DNA of 64,000 bases. Origin: Microthyrium microscopicum. Taxonomy: Eukaryota. The notes beneath the pieces are model-generated. The model made no database searches. It was not told the origin of the DNA and saw nothing but the letters and a program-made list of their open reading frames with translations. The DNA is taken from NCBI GenBank assembly GCA_010405405.1, contig MU004231.1, positions 3,218,401-3,282,400 of the forward strand, read 5' to 3'. Below, piece after piece: positions 46,901 through 59,439 of this stretch. How positions within the stretch are numbered: the stretch's first letter is position 1; each line of letters starts with the position of its first letter. Both the position numbers and the translations under genes were made by a program.

Positions 46901-49900
46901 ATGATAGTAATTACTTAAGTATTTAGTGTCTTATGCTTCCTTTACGATTATATTATTTAATTAAGTTCTATAAGAAGTAAGTAGGAGTTGCTTTGAAAGC
47001 TATGAGTATCTTATAAGATATATATTATAAGGATTATAGGCATGTTTAGTATTCTTTAATATCTTTATAATTATATCGTTTAATTAGGTTCTATAAGAAG
47101 TAAGTAGGAGTTGCTCTAAAAGCTACAAGTATTCTATAAGGCGTGCGTTATAAGCGTTATAAGTATATAGTAATATATTATAGTTGTTTAAATTAATTAT
47201 ATTGGGTGTATTAATAATATTATTCTTATCGTCTTATTATCTATTATATGCGTTATAATATAAACGTTAATATTAGTAAATAGTTAGTTATAAATAGGTA
47301 AAGTTAGAAAATATACAATGTCTATATAGCTAATATATGCTTTACAGAACTATAGGATATGCTAGCCTAAAATAAGTAGTTTAGTATTTTATTAGACTTT
47401 ATAACTAGTTAGGTATTAGAAGGGTATATTTAGTAGGATATAGGATATCTAGAGATAATTAGGTAATGTTAAGAATCCTAAAGGATGTTAATTTTAGGAC
47501 TAGCTATTATTACTATACTCTTATAATTAAAATAATATAAACTTATAAGCTAATAATCTAATTTATTAACTTAATTTGCTATACTATCTTTTACCTTATT
47601 CTTTTAATTTAATAGTTATCCTAGTATACTAAGCTATTATATTGCATTATCTTTAGTTTGTCTATTTATCTTGCTACTAAAACCTATATTCTTATTAATT
47701 ATAGCTCTACTAATACTAGAACGCTATCTGCTTTATTCTTTAAAGGTATTTAAAGAATAATAATAGATAGCTTATATTCTTTTTTAGCTTTAGTACTAGC
47801 TTTTAATAGGCTATATTAAATAGAAACTACCTTTACTATTATACTTACTAATGTACGTATATATTAGCCTTTATTATATATATTTAGGCTATGCTATTAA
47901 ACAAAAGGATAGGAACGTTAAATTATTAAGGGATAGTTATTAGTTTAATTAATAGAGAAACTAAAAAGGTAACTTAATAGTAAAAGCGTAAGGTTATAGT
48001 AAGTATTATTACTCTTAATATAGTAGCGAGTAATAGCTAAATTAGTATAAATATATATAGTATATAGTTTAACGCTAGAGGGTAATTTACTATATTATAT
48101 CTATATAGTAATATTTTAGCTATACTTAGCTAGTAATGATTAGTTCTACTATTTAGTAATAATAGTAGGTATAAATATTTAGGCTAAAAAAATATATATT
48201 ATTATTAATAAATAAGATAGCTTAGAATAATATAAGGCTAAGAAATAGGTAGAATAGTTTAGTAATAATGGTAGGTATAAATATCTAGGCTAAAAGAATA
48301 TATATTATTACTAATAAATAAGATAGCTTAGAATAATATAAGGCTAAGAGATAGGTAGAATAAGATAAGTTTATATCTTATAAGTATTTATAATAAGTAT
48401 TAAAATATAAATATTATAATCCTTTAAGCACTTTATAAAGGCTTAATTGAGGTATGTACTCTTATTGCTAAACTATAGTATACGAACTTTATAATTAAAC
48501 TAGACTATTATAATTCTTAAGGAGTAGAAGGGCTAGACTATATAGTTTTTAAGGAGAGGAAGGGCTAGACTATGTAGTTCTTAAGGAGTAGAAGGATCTT
48601 TAGTAAAAGATGCTAATATTAACTTAGGTTATTAGGTTATTATTAGTAACATTGACTTTAAAGTCTATAACTAAATATTCTTTAGGATAATAGTAAATAT
48701 TTATTATGCGTAGCTAGTAAATATTTATTAGACTATAAATACTTTATAGTATAATTGTTAGGTTCTAAACGTAGTAGAGTCTATAAATATATAGTGCTAT
48801 AGAGTTTTTGTAGATATTAATATATATTAATTAAATATTATTACTATATTTAGTATTTAAATGTTATAGTATCTTTAGATAGCTTTATTAGATAACTTTT
48901 AAGCTATATAGGACCTAAGTAGCTACTTATACTAGAGACTTATAAGTTTAAGGCCTTCTACTTAATTAGGATTATAAAAGTAAAGTTCTTATATTTATTA
49001 ATTAGAGTTACGCCTTTTTTAATAAGGTTCTAGGGTTAGGATAAAGTAATTATATAATTAGCAAAATATATTAATTAATATTAAGTTAGTAGGTAGATAT
49101 CTACTTAGAATAAAGCTAAAATTATTTTAGCTTATACTTATTGCTCTTAAGTCTTATCTACTAGTATTATATTTATCTATATAGGTTATTTTTAATAGGC
49201 TATAGGAATAACGTATCTTTTTATAAAATATTCTAGTAATAAATAGTTTTGTCTTTAGAGTATAAAAGGAGATATTTACCGTTAGGATAAAATATTAGTA
49301 TATAAATCTAGTTATTATAGCTAATAAGTATTTTAATTAGTGTTTCTCTACTATCCTAAAGCTTAATAAGCTTATTATAACTAATAGTAAGAATTTAGGT
49401 AAGCTAACTATATAAGGTTATAAGAATTAGGCTTAAGGTAGTAAATAGTAGTAGATATTAGTAGTTAGTAAAGTTTAGAATATAGAGAGTTAAGTAACTT
49501 AGAGATTTTGCTATAAAATATTAGAGATTATAGTTAGATTATAATAATATAAGTATACTTACTCTGCCTTGCTTTACTTATACGTACCTTACTTTGCCTA
49601 AATATAGCTAAATGCTTTATAATTAATCTTTTTAGGGTTAGTCTATATTAAACGTTGTTTACTAAGATTATAGATACTTAAAGTTTAATTATTAGCTTTT
49701 TATAAATTCTACTTAAGGGATTATTAGCCTATAATAAGTAGGTATAGAATATAGCCTAAAGACGCTATATATTCTAAGTAAGGCCTTTCTATTTATATTA
49801 AGATAGCTATATATTATCTACTAATAAAATAAAGAGTTATAAGTAATTTAGTAAGCTATTACTAGTTTATATACTTAATTATATACTAAGTAGCTATCTA

Positions 49901-51417
49901 CTAGATAAGGTTACTTTATAAGTAGTACTTAGTTTATATTAATAACTATATAAGTTTATAATATTAAAGAAAAGGTTAAGTCTAAATAGTTTCTTAAATA
50001 TGGCATTAAGATGCCTAGGCTACTTATTTATAATTAATAGGCTATATATATATTATCTAATAAAAATTAGAAGATATTATATAGATTACTATAATATAGT
50101 TCTTAAGCTCTCTATTAGTTAAAATATAAAGGTTAGTTGCTAAATATTAACGTAAGATAATAGAGTAGTATTATCTTAAGTCGCTATAAAGAAGTAAAGA
50201 TATTAATTAGATTAAGTAGATAGGTCTTAATATAATAAGTAAAGAATGCATCTATAAGATGAACTTAATAGTTTAATAATAGGAAGTAAAGAAAATATAA
50301 GTTAGATTAAGTTAATGTAATTTATACCTTAATTGCTATATATTTAGTAGATATTTAAAATAGAGTATTTTTTAGAGGTATAAACTAATAGGATAACTAA
50401 CTATATATAGGTATAATATAAGTATACTTACTTATCCTATTGTATTCCTATCTATATTATAGCTAATTATTATTTAAAGTTTACTTATACTAGTTTATAT
50501 GCTACTACTATTTAGGATTATATTTTATTTATATATTTCTTAAATAATATAATCTTATACTATATATATATACTTTAGTATAGAGATTTAGTTTGACTTA
50601 TATATCTTAATTATTAACCTATACTATAATATACTACTATTATTTACCTTATTGCTACTCTACTTATTTATCTAATAGCTTATTTTAAATATAACGCTAT
50701 CTAATTATTATTCTAAGTAGTTAAATGTATACTATAAAACTATACTAGAATATACTAATTAAAGCTTAATTTTCTATTGCTCTATTTATCTATTGCGCTA
50801 ACTTAAAGTAATATCTATAATATTATTCTAAGTAAGGAAGATTAATACTATATACGTTAAGCTATACTAATAGTGTAAAAGAATAATATAAGGAAGATAA
50901 GTTAATATTAATATTAATATAAACTCTTATATTTAAGATACTAGTCCTATTAACTAAGTTTATAAGATCTTACCTATTACTATAAGCCTAGAAGGAAGTA
51001 CTTATTTATTATGTCTACTTTTAATATTATAACGGAAGGTTAAAGGCTTGCTTCTAATTTTAATTATCTTATAATAACTTTTTTATAATAAATAGCTAGT
51101 AGTTATACTTATATACTATCTTCTTATCTAAAGCTAAATAAGGCATATAGTAGTAGGTACTTAATGCTAACTACTTTGTTTTATACTTCTTTATAAGTTA
51201 GATATAGGAATAAGTTTGCTAAATTAATAGGAAGGAGAGGAAGAGAAGGGGGTTATACTCTAAGTATTATAAGAGACTAGATTAATATTTAGTTTTATAA
51301 TATAAGCTTTAAGAACAATCGTAGCTACTAAATGTAATAGATACATTAAGCTAATTTAGTAGTTGCCTAATACTAATATAATTAACTAATTAATACTTCT
51401 AGTAGCTTCTTTCTTAT

Positions 51418-51720
51418 TTATAATAGCTATATTTAGATAGGCTATAACTAAAGCTATTATAGTTGCTAATGTAAGTACCTTTTCTATAATAGCTATACTT
51501 AGATAGGCTATAACTAAAGCTATTATAGTTGCTAGTGTAAGTACCTTCTTTATAATAGCTATACTTAGATAGGCTATAATTAAAGCTATTATAGTTGCTA
51601 GTATAAGTATCTTCTCTATAATAGCTATATCTAGATAGGTTATAACTAAAGCTATTATAGTTGCTAATATAAGTACCTTCTTTATAATAGTCGTACCTAG
51701 ATAGGCTATAATAAAAGCTA
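51418..51720. repeat. 66-bp tandem repeat (~4.6 copies) inside the element
   Basis: The unit starts TAATAG at 51421, 51487, 51553, 51619 and 51685. Confidence 0.9.
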
Positions 51721-51852
51721 TAATAAAGGTATTACTAAAAGTAGTAAAGTAAGCTAGCTTACCTTAAGGGTATTAATCTTAAGTACTAGGAGCTATAGAG
51801 GAGTACGCATAATATTATAGTAAGCGCTTCTAAACTTATATAGGTTTCTATA

Positions 51853-52085
51853 CTATTAATTTAGTAGGATAAAGTAATTATAGTTCTATTAAGTTAGTTT
51901 ATGCTCTAGCGTTAGCCTAAAGTAGGTAATAGACTCTATGCTATTAGTTTAGTAGGATAGAGTAATTATAGTTCTATAGAGCTTATTTATACTCTAGCGT
52001 TAGCCTAAAGTAGGTAGTAAACTCTATGCTATTAATTTAGTAAGATAGAGTAATTATAGTTCTATAGAGCTTATTTATGCTTTAG
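51853..52085. repeat. 88-bp tandem repeat (~2.7 copies), with a further copy at ~44603-44685
   Basis: CTATTA(A/G)TTTAGTA..TATAGTTCTAT..CTAGCGTTAGCCTAAAGTAG starts at 51853, 51941 and 52029 (last copy partial) and recurs at 44603. Confidence 0.85.
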
Positions 52086-55000
52086 TAAAGGCGCTATAAG
52101 TAGATAGTATAAAGGAAAAAGAAGAAGAGAAAGATAAATAAAGGAAGAAAGATATTTATATTCTATAGACCTTTAAGAATTTCTCTTTAAGTAAGTTTAA
52201 ACCTAATATTATAAGGGTAGTGTTAATCTTTTTAGGAAGTAGCTAGGATATGCTTATAATAGACTTTTAAGAAATACTACTACTATTAACGTGCTAGGCT
52301 TAGGCTAAAATATTAAGGCTATTAGCGTACTTTAGTACTACTAATATTAAAGCTATTAGCGTATTAAGGTAGTTAAGTCCTTAAACTTAAGGAAGTAATA
52401 GTAGTAAAAGAACTATTAAAGACTAGAAGACTAAATAGTAATTAAAAGTAGTAAGAAGTATTGCTAGCGTACTTTATTAGTAATATTAAGGCTATTAGCG
52501 TATTAGAGTAGTTAAGTCCTTAAACTTAAGGAAGTAATAGTAGTAAAAGAATTATTAAAGACTAGAAGACTAGATAGTAACTAAAAGTAGTAAGAAGTAT
52601 CGTTAGTGTGCTTTACTACTAATGCTAAGGCTATTAGCGTACTAAAGAAGAAGGAAAGAAGAAGAGGAAGAAGAGGGAGGGTTAAAGGATTACTATATTT
52701 TTATTACTAATCTTCTAATTAATTTGGTATGTTCTTTCTAAGGATTACTATACTCTTATTATTAATCTTTTATCTTAATCTAGTAGAGCTAAAGCTTAAG
52801 ATAGTAAAGTACTTAGACTTACTAGGAAAACTTGCTCTTTATATTCTTTTTAAGGATTACTATACCCTTATTATTAATCTTCTAACTAATGTGGTATTCT
52901 TTATACGCTTTATAGCTAGAGTACTTGTATTATAATATTAAATTTATTGTCTTATAGAACGTAAGCTTCTATTTTAACTAGGTAGATATAGTTCTTAAAT
53001 CTATTATTTTAATAGAACGTAAGCTTCTATTTTAACTAGGTATTCTTAAATTTGCTATCTCATAGAATGTAAGCTTTTATTTTAACTAGGAGGTTATTCT
53101 TACTACTAATAATGCTACTTATATAGGTATACTTACTGAAACCTATTAATATCTGTATATCTATATATATTCTAATATATAGGTTATAAATAGAAGGAAT
53201 TACTACTAAGGTATTTAATTAAAATGATAGTAAATATTGCCTACATTACTTATAATAGGGGACATTATCTATCTTAAAAAGCTAAGAGTAGCTACTAGTA
53301 GTAAAAAGACTTGTAAGATAGTATAGTAAGCTTATCCTTCTAAGTAAGATAGCTAATTTAGCGCCTAGATATTCCTAGCGTCTAAAAGGCTTATAGAATC
53401 CCTAATAGTTATTAATACTTATTATAACGTGTAGTATTAAGAAGGTATTCTTTATAACCTACTCTTTTAAGTGAGATAGTTAACTTATACGCTTATTAAT
53501 TCTTATATGCTAGCGTAATTTATAGTACTACTCCTTTTTAATTAAAGCTTTGCTACGATTAGAAGGTATCCTTAGTAAATCTACCCTTCTAAATAAGATA
53601 GCTAATTTAGTATCTAGATGATCTTGCTGCCTAGAAGGCTTATAGAAATTCGTACGTTTATTAATACTTGTATGTTAGTATAACTTATAATACTACTTAT
53701 TCTTAATAGAATCTTGCTACGCTTAAATTTGTACTTATCGTTAAGTTGCTTTAAGACGTATATAAAAAGCGTTCTAGTCTTATAAGGTTACTATTAAATA
53801 TTAAAATCTTACCTCCTAAATAAGGCTTGAATACTTAAACTTTAACTATCTTTTTTTAGTATAGTATAGAGTAAGGACTTTAGTTGGCTAATTATTATTA
53901 TTATTAATAGTAAAAATTATATCTATAATAATATAGAGAGTATTAAGTACTATAAAAGCGTTCTATTTAGGCTTTAGTAGGTTATTAGTGTTATTATTAC
54001 TATTTAGTACTTAAACCCTTCTCTTTTAAATTAGATAAGAGTACTTAAACTTTAACTACTTTTATTTAGTGTAGTATAGAGTTAGTAGGTGTATAGGCTA
54101 TTAATATTATTATTACTATTTAGTACTTAAATCCTTTCTTCTTAGATTAGATAAGAGCTTCTAATATAGGAGTAGTATTTAATAAACTATTTATGAAAGT
54201 AAGTCTTTCTATATATTTTCTTATGTATTCCTACTAATAGAAATAGCTAATATAAATAATTGTAGACAACTTAGGTAATAAAGACTTATAAGCCTTTAAT
54301 GCTACTTACGTAGGTTAACTTCTAGTTAGTTATCTATAGAACCTTATTATTATTAAGATAAGAGTAGCTATTATAGAGAGTATAGTACTTATTATTAATA
54401 ATATATATGTAAAAGAAATCTAGTATATAAGTATACTATTTAAGATTTATAGAACTATTAGTATTAAAGACTAGTGCTTAGGTAATTATTATATAGATAA
54501 ACTTTTAGAACTTTAGAAATTTATAGATAGAGCAATTAGTAAACTAGTTAAGGCTAAGAAGATATAGTGCTAAGTAAAGGATTATAGTATAGTAGTCTTA
54601 CTTAATATTATATATAGTAAAAGAATTAGTAGTAGGGTAGTTAGATATCTAATAAGTACTTAAACTTTAACTACCTTCTTTTAGTATGGTATAGAATAAG
54701 GACTTTAGCGTGTCTTAGTTATAATATATAATACTAAAGGTAAGTAAGTCTAAAGTAATAGGATAGTTATAGTTTATAACTTAGTTAGCGTCATAATACT
54801 TACTACTAATAATATTAAAGATAAGTAAGTTTAGAATAATTAGATAAATGCTAGTATTATAATATAGTTAGTATTATAATACTTACTACTAATTATATTA
54901 AAGGTAAGTAGATTAGGAGGAAGGTAATAAATCTTATTTACTATATTGTTAGTATTGCTATACTTCTTATAAAGGATAATACTTAATATAATAGAAATAC

Positions 55001-55399
55001 GTAAGGAGTTACTTAGATTGGCTTAAAGGTTAGTAAGAGAGACTTAGATATTATATTTAGGCTTAGTAAGACTAAGCTTAAATTGGCTTAAAGGTTAGTA
55101 AGAGAGATTTAGATATTATATTTAGGCTTAATAAGACTAGGCTTAGATTAGCTTATAGGTTAATAAGATAGATAAGATTAGTATTTATTATAGTACTATA
55201 TCTATATTACTTATAGATAAATAAATATTTAAAACTAATTAGATTAGAATAGGTTTATGAATAGGAAGGGTAAAGGTAGTTATAGGTAGGGTAATGTAAG
55301 TTATAAGAGCTCTTTAGAAGTTAAGGTAATCCCTAAGTTGTAAACTAAAAATAACGAATTACTAACTATACTTATTAATACTTAGTTAGCCTAATAAGC

Positions 55400-58300
55400 C
55401 TCTAAATAACTCTTTGCTAATAAGTAAATAGATTTAATAAATTAAGTCCTTTTATTATAATAAATATATATAATTAAATTAACTTAAAAGTTTAGGTTAA
55501 AGTTTATTACTATCTCTAAAGTTACTAAACTTATCTTTCTCTTTAGTATCCTAAGCCTAGGTATAATTTACTACTATACTAGTATTAAACTTTAGCTTAA
55601 CGTCTCTACTACCTTTAAGTATTATATATGCTTAACTTAGAATTACTATATGTTTTTTATTAAACGCTTTTACCTTACTAGTAAGCATTATAGCCCTAAG
55701 TGTTTATATATTTTAAGAGTTGTAATTATTTCCTTTAATTTAGATAGCCTTTAGAAACTAACGCTCTATAAAATTGCCTTAAATTAAAGTATTATATATT
55801 ATATTAATGTTATGCTTTATAGTAGTAATACTTCTTGTACTAGATATATATTTACTAAATGAGCCCTTTAGTATAGCTTTTAACTTTCTGCTATAACTAT
55901 TTATAAGGTATATATAATTAAAAGTAATATGAATATTATGGGTTGAATTCTTTTAGGTCTTTATGTCTAGTTTTGTACTACTATTTATATATTCTAAGCT
56001 TAAATCTATAGCCTTATAACTATGTAGTTTACTAAGCTAGTTAACTAGGCTAGAAGCTAGTATAGCGCGTTATAACTTTAGTTTATTAATAGTATCTAGT
56101 ATATTCTACTTAAGCTATATTATCTTATTACTATAATTATTAGAACTAGACTTATAGAACTAATATATTATAGGATTAATTAGCTAATAAAGTAAACTAA
56201 CGTCTATATATTTAATAGCGTGTTTTAGTATTAATAATAGGTAGATCTTTTATATATATTAATATAATGTCTAGAACTAAATATTAACGTCCTTTAGTAT
56301 TATTGTACTACTTTCTTTGTTTTTATATAAACTAGTCTAACCTTCTACTTAATATATAAGAATTTGAATGTCCTAGATAATTTTAATTACTTAATTTACT
56401 ATTAACGTTTTAATAATGTCTCTTATAATTGTATTATCTACTAGTACGTTAGAAGTTATATTTAGAGGGTAGTGTTTATAATAGCGTAAAGTAAGCTTAA
56501 ATAAGGCTAAGTTTTAAGTATTAAATACTTATTATAGAATAGGTTCTAGCTTATGTAACTAAATAGACTAGCGTATTTTATTCTTTAGATAACCTTAAGT
56601 AGTAATATTATGCTTAATAGAATATAGAGTATGCTTATAGTAGTTAATAGGTCCTTAATAGCTTTTTATAATGTTTTCTCTAAGGCACTTTTAAGTATAG
56701 AACTACCTAATAACTAGATAAAGCTACTCCTTTCTATTAAAGGCTAGAGATAAATAAGATTGCTTAGATTTAATAGCTTAATTATTCTTTATACTAAGTT
56801 AATTTCTATATATAAGAAATAAGTAGTAGGCAAATATATAAGGTTTACTTATTAGGAAGTTAGTTAGCTACTAATATTAGTAGAAGTTTATACTTAATAT
56901 ATCTATTTTATCTAAGCTATATTTTAGAAACTTAAGTACGTTTATAAAGATCTTATAATATATATTATATATACTATTTATAGTACCCTTATTTTTAAAT
57001 ATACTAGCAAGCTATTAATATTTAGTTTTAATTAGGGGAAGTTAATTAAGTTATAATTATACTAATTTCTTCTTCTTATCTTTCTTATTACTAAATATCT
57101 CCTTAAGTTAAGTCTTAAAGGTAACTTAGAGACTTTAATATATTAAGACTTCCTTAATAGCATTAGCTATAGGTTTACTAATTATGTATTCTTTATAAAG
57201 AAGTAAGTTTATAATTAAGCGTAAAGGTAATTTATATATTAGATTATATATATCTTAAGTTAAACTACTAGGTAGATAATAAGAATATCTAACTATAGTA
57301 GCTATAGTTAGATTTTTTATAATATAACTATAGCTAATCCTCTTATTTTGAACTTAATCTTTGTAGTTAAAGTTATTATATATAAGCGCTAACTAAGGAT
57401 TATAGGCTAAGGTAGTAAGCTATTTTTATAAATATATAAGCGTAAGGTTGTAAACTAACTATAAGATACTAAAGGCTACTAAGGATAGTTATAGAATATA
57501 TAGAGATGCTTATATAAGTATTCTAGTGTTTATATTTTGTAGACTATAGATATTAGGAGGCCTATACGATAAGTAAGGGCTTATAAGAAGGAGTAAGGAT
57601 AGATATAAGATATATAGGAATGCTTATATAAGCATTCTAGCGTCTATATTTTGCTAGAGGAGTAATACTAGAAGGGTCTTATAGCGATATATAAGCTATT
57701 ATAAGAGGTAATAAGGGATAATAAGGGTTATAATAATACTAGAATAGGGTATTTTATTAGTAAAAACTTAGTAAGCTAATCTATAACCTATACTATATAG
57801 TAATACTTGTAGTAAATACTAAGTATACTAAAAGTCTATATTACTTTCTTTTTAACGCTAGCGTAATAAAGATATATACTTAGAAGTATTAATATTATAT
57901 TAGACTTTTAGTAATTCTAATGGCTATATACTATAGTAGTAATAAGAAATATAATTAGATTATTAGTATTTATAGACTATATTTTATAAGAACTTTAATA
58001 GCTTCTACTATGCTATATAATATTATAATAAAAAGTAACTTATTAAGGAGCTAGAAGTAATAGACGCTTTATACTTGTTAGAAAGTTAATTAAATTAGGA
58101 TTCTTTTTGTAGTTAAACTGCCTAAACTATAGCGTTCTTAGAAGTTATTATAACTTAGTTATAAAGCTATTAGGATGATAATTACCCTAGATCTAATTTA
58201 TAGAGTAGTAAGTACTAAGTATATTACTTAAAGTAGACTAACGACTCTTAAGAATTAAATAGTATTAGTATTATAGAGTAATAGTATAATGTTAGTTATC

Positions 58301-58500
58301 TATATTTACCTAAGTATCTAAGAATTTAGGAAAAGTTTAAGAGATTAAGTATAAATAAGAGAGTATAGATTCTAGTTTTAACTTAGTAGTAAGTCGTAAG
58401 CTATGCTATTAAGGTAATAGATAGTAATTATTATCTTTATCTTAATTGCTATCCTCTTTTTTTGTACTTAATGCGCTACTAGACTAATAGGGCGTAGAGA
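55400..58500 (-). pseudogene. RIP-destroyed DUF6589/Academ-type transposase; boundaries approximate
   Basis: Minus-strand literal translation, with de-RIP reading after '=': IYNNFNYKD = IYDNFNYKD (~57380). FKNKGT = FENEGT. IYRN*LS = IHGDQLS (~56800). FNRKE*LYLVIR*FY = FDRKEWLHPVIGWFH (~56720). LKHAIKYIDVSLL = LKHAIK.ADVGLL (~56220). L*RAILASSLVN = LQRAILASGLVN. AIDLSLEYIN = AIDLSLEHIN (~55995). Confidence 0.8.
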
Positions 58501-59085
58501 GAAGAATTGGAGGTAGGCTAGAGAGTCTTAGTACTAGTAATGTATTCTTTATTAATAAGAGAGGCGATATAGTAATAGGAGGTAGGGTTGATTGTCTTTT
58601 TAATTAAAACTATTGCTCTAGACGCGTAGGAAGAGTCCTTAGTTATTAGTTTAAGGGCCTAAGTAAACTAATAGAAATAGGGCTATAATAAGGCTAATGC
58701 TTAGACCTAGTATAGCGCTTTTAAGTAAATATAGTAAATTTAAATAATAGAGAAAAATAAGGTAAGTAAAGTGATATAAAAATAAATATAAATATATATA
58801 TAGTTATAGAGATAATATAATTTAAAAAGTGCGTATTCTTTTATATAAAGTTAATAGGGCCCTTACTAAAATAGAATAAGAGTTACTTAGATATAGTAAG
58901 CTGCTTTAAAATTACATATGTCCTAAAATATCTAATTAGCTAAGGGTAAGCTAGGTTCTATATAGAATAGCTAAGGATACTTAGTCAGTAAGAGCTAAAG
59001 GCTCTCTAACTAAGTAGGGAGCTAAAGGCAACTTGTTTTTAAAGTAGCTTGCTACGTCTAAGAAACTAAGATAAGTCTAGATAGT

Positions 59086-59439
59086 GTAGGTCTAAGAATC
59101 TAGTCCTATCATTACCATGACTTGAAACAATATCCTACAGCGAATGACTTGATCACCATGATTTTGGAAGGTAGACCAAATATTATCCTTGACAAGGACA
59201 TAAAACTACAGCAATCCACCATGTTGGCCCAGACACAAAATCTCGATAAAGAGAGAGATATGGGACATGAGTACGATTGGGTAGAGTCAGAAAGTCGATG
59301 GATCTTGAGAATTGAAGTCCGATCCACAGCATCTGGTTATTTTCAGCTCAATGGGGATGGCCCTACCCTCCGTATGAAATGGCATGCTCCCATTCATTCC
59401 GATATCCGCCCTCGAACTTTGGAACGACAAGAAGTGTGA
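59086..59439 (+). pseudogene. F-box-like tandem paralog B, displaced 3' part
   Basis: SYHYHDLKQYPTANDLITMIL...HEYDWVESESRWILR aligns with the paralog A C-terminus PYHHY...AATNLINMVL...DYGWSQTEQRWFMR. It is in frame with the 5' part once the element and one TSD copy are removed. Confidence 0.85.

Larger units (their letters stand above)
38991..59080. mobile_element. 20,090-bp RIP-inactivated TIR DNA transposon with helicase plus DUF6589-type transposase (AcademH-like architecture)
   Basis: Terminal 25 bp CTAGATTTATCTTACTTAGTTAGAC versus right-end reverse complement CTAGACTTATCTTAGTTTCTTAGAC (21/25). Flanks are ATGGT (38986-90) and ATAGT (59081-85). TpA is strongly enriched and CpA/TpG depleted throughout, and relict helicase and transposase motifs are present. 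Confidence 0.9.

Noticed and set aside
49560..49573. CTCTGCCTTGC matching the TIR of the MITE at 10179
   Set aside because: Only about 11 bp, with no partner end.
51418..52085. Regularly spaced repeats resembling a CRISPR array
   Set aside because: They are contiguous tandem units without unique spacers, in eukaryotic RIPed DNA.
46145..52935. ORF-track entries 46145..46330 and 52729..52935
   Set aside because: Their Leu/Ile/Tyr-rich composition reflects RIP. They are chance open frames, not functional genes.
38991..59080. Starship, LTR retrotransposon nest or centromere as the identity of the AT-rich block
   Set aside because: I found no tyrosine-recombinase or RT/integrase motifs and no long direct terminal repeats. 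The ends are inverted repeats and the block interrupts a single gene.
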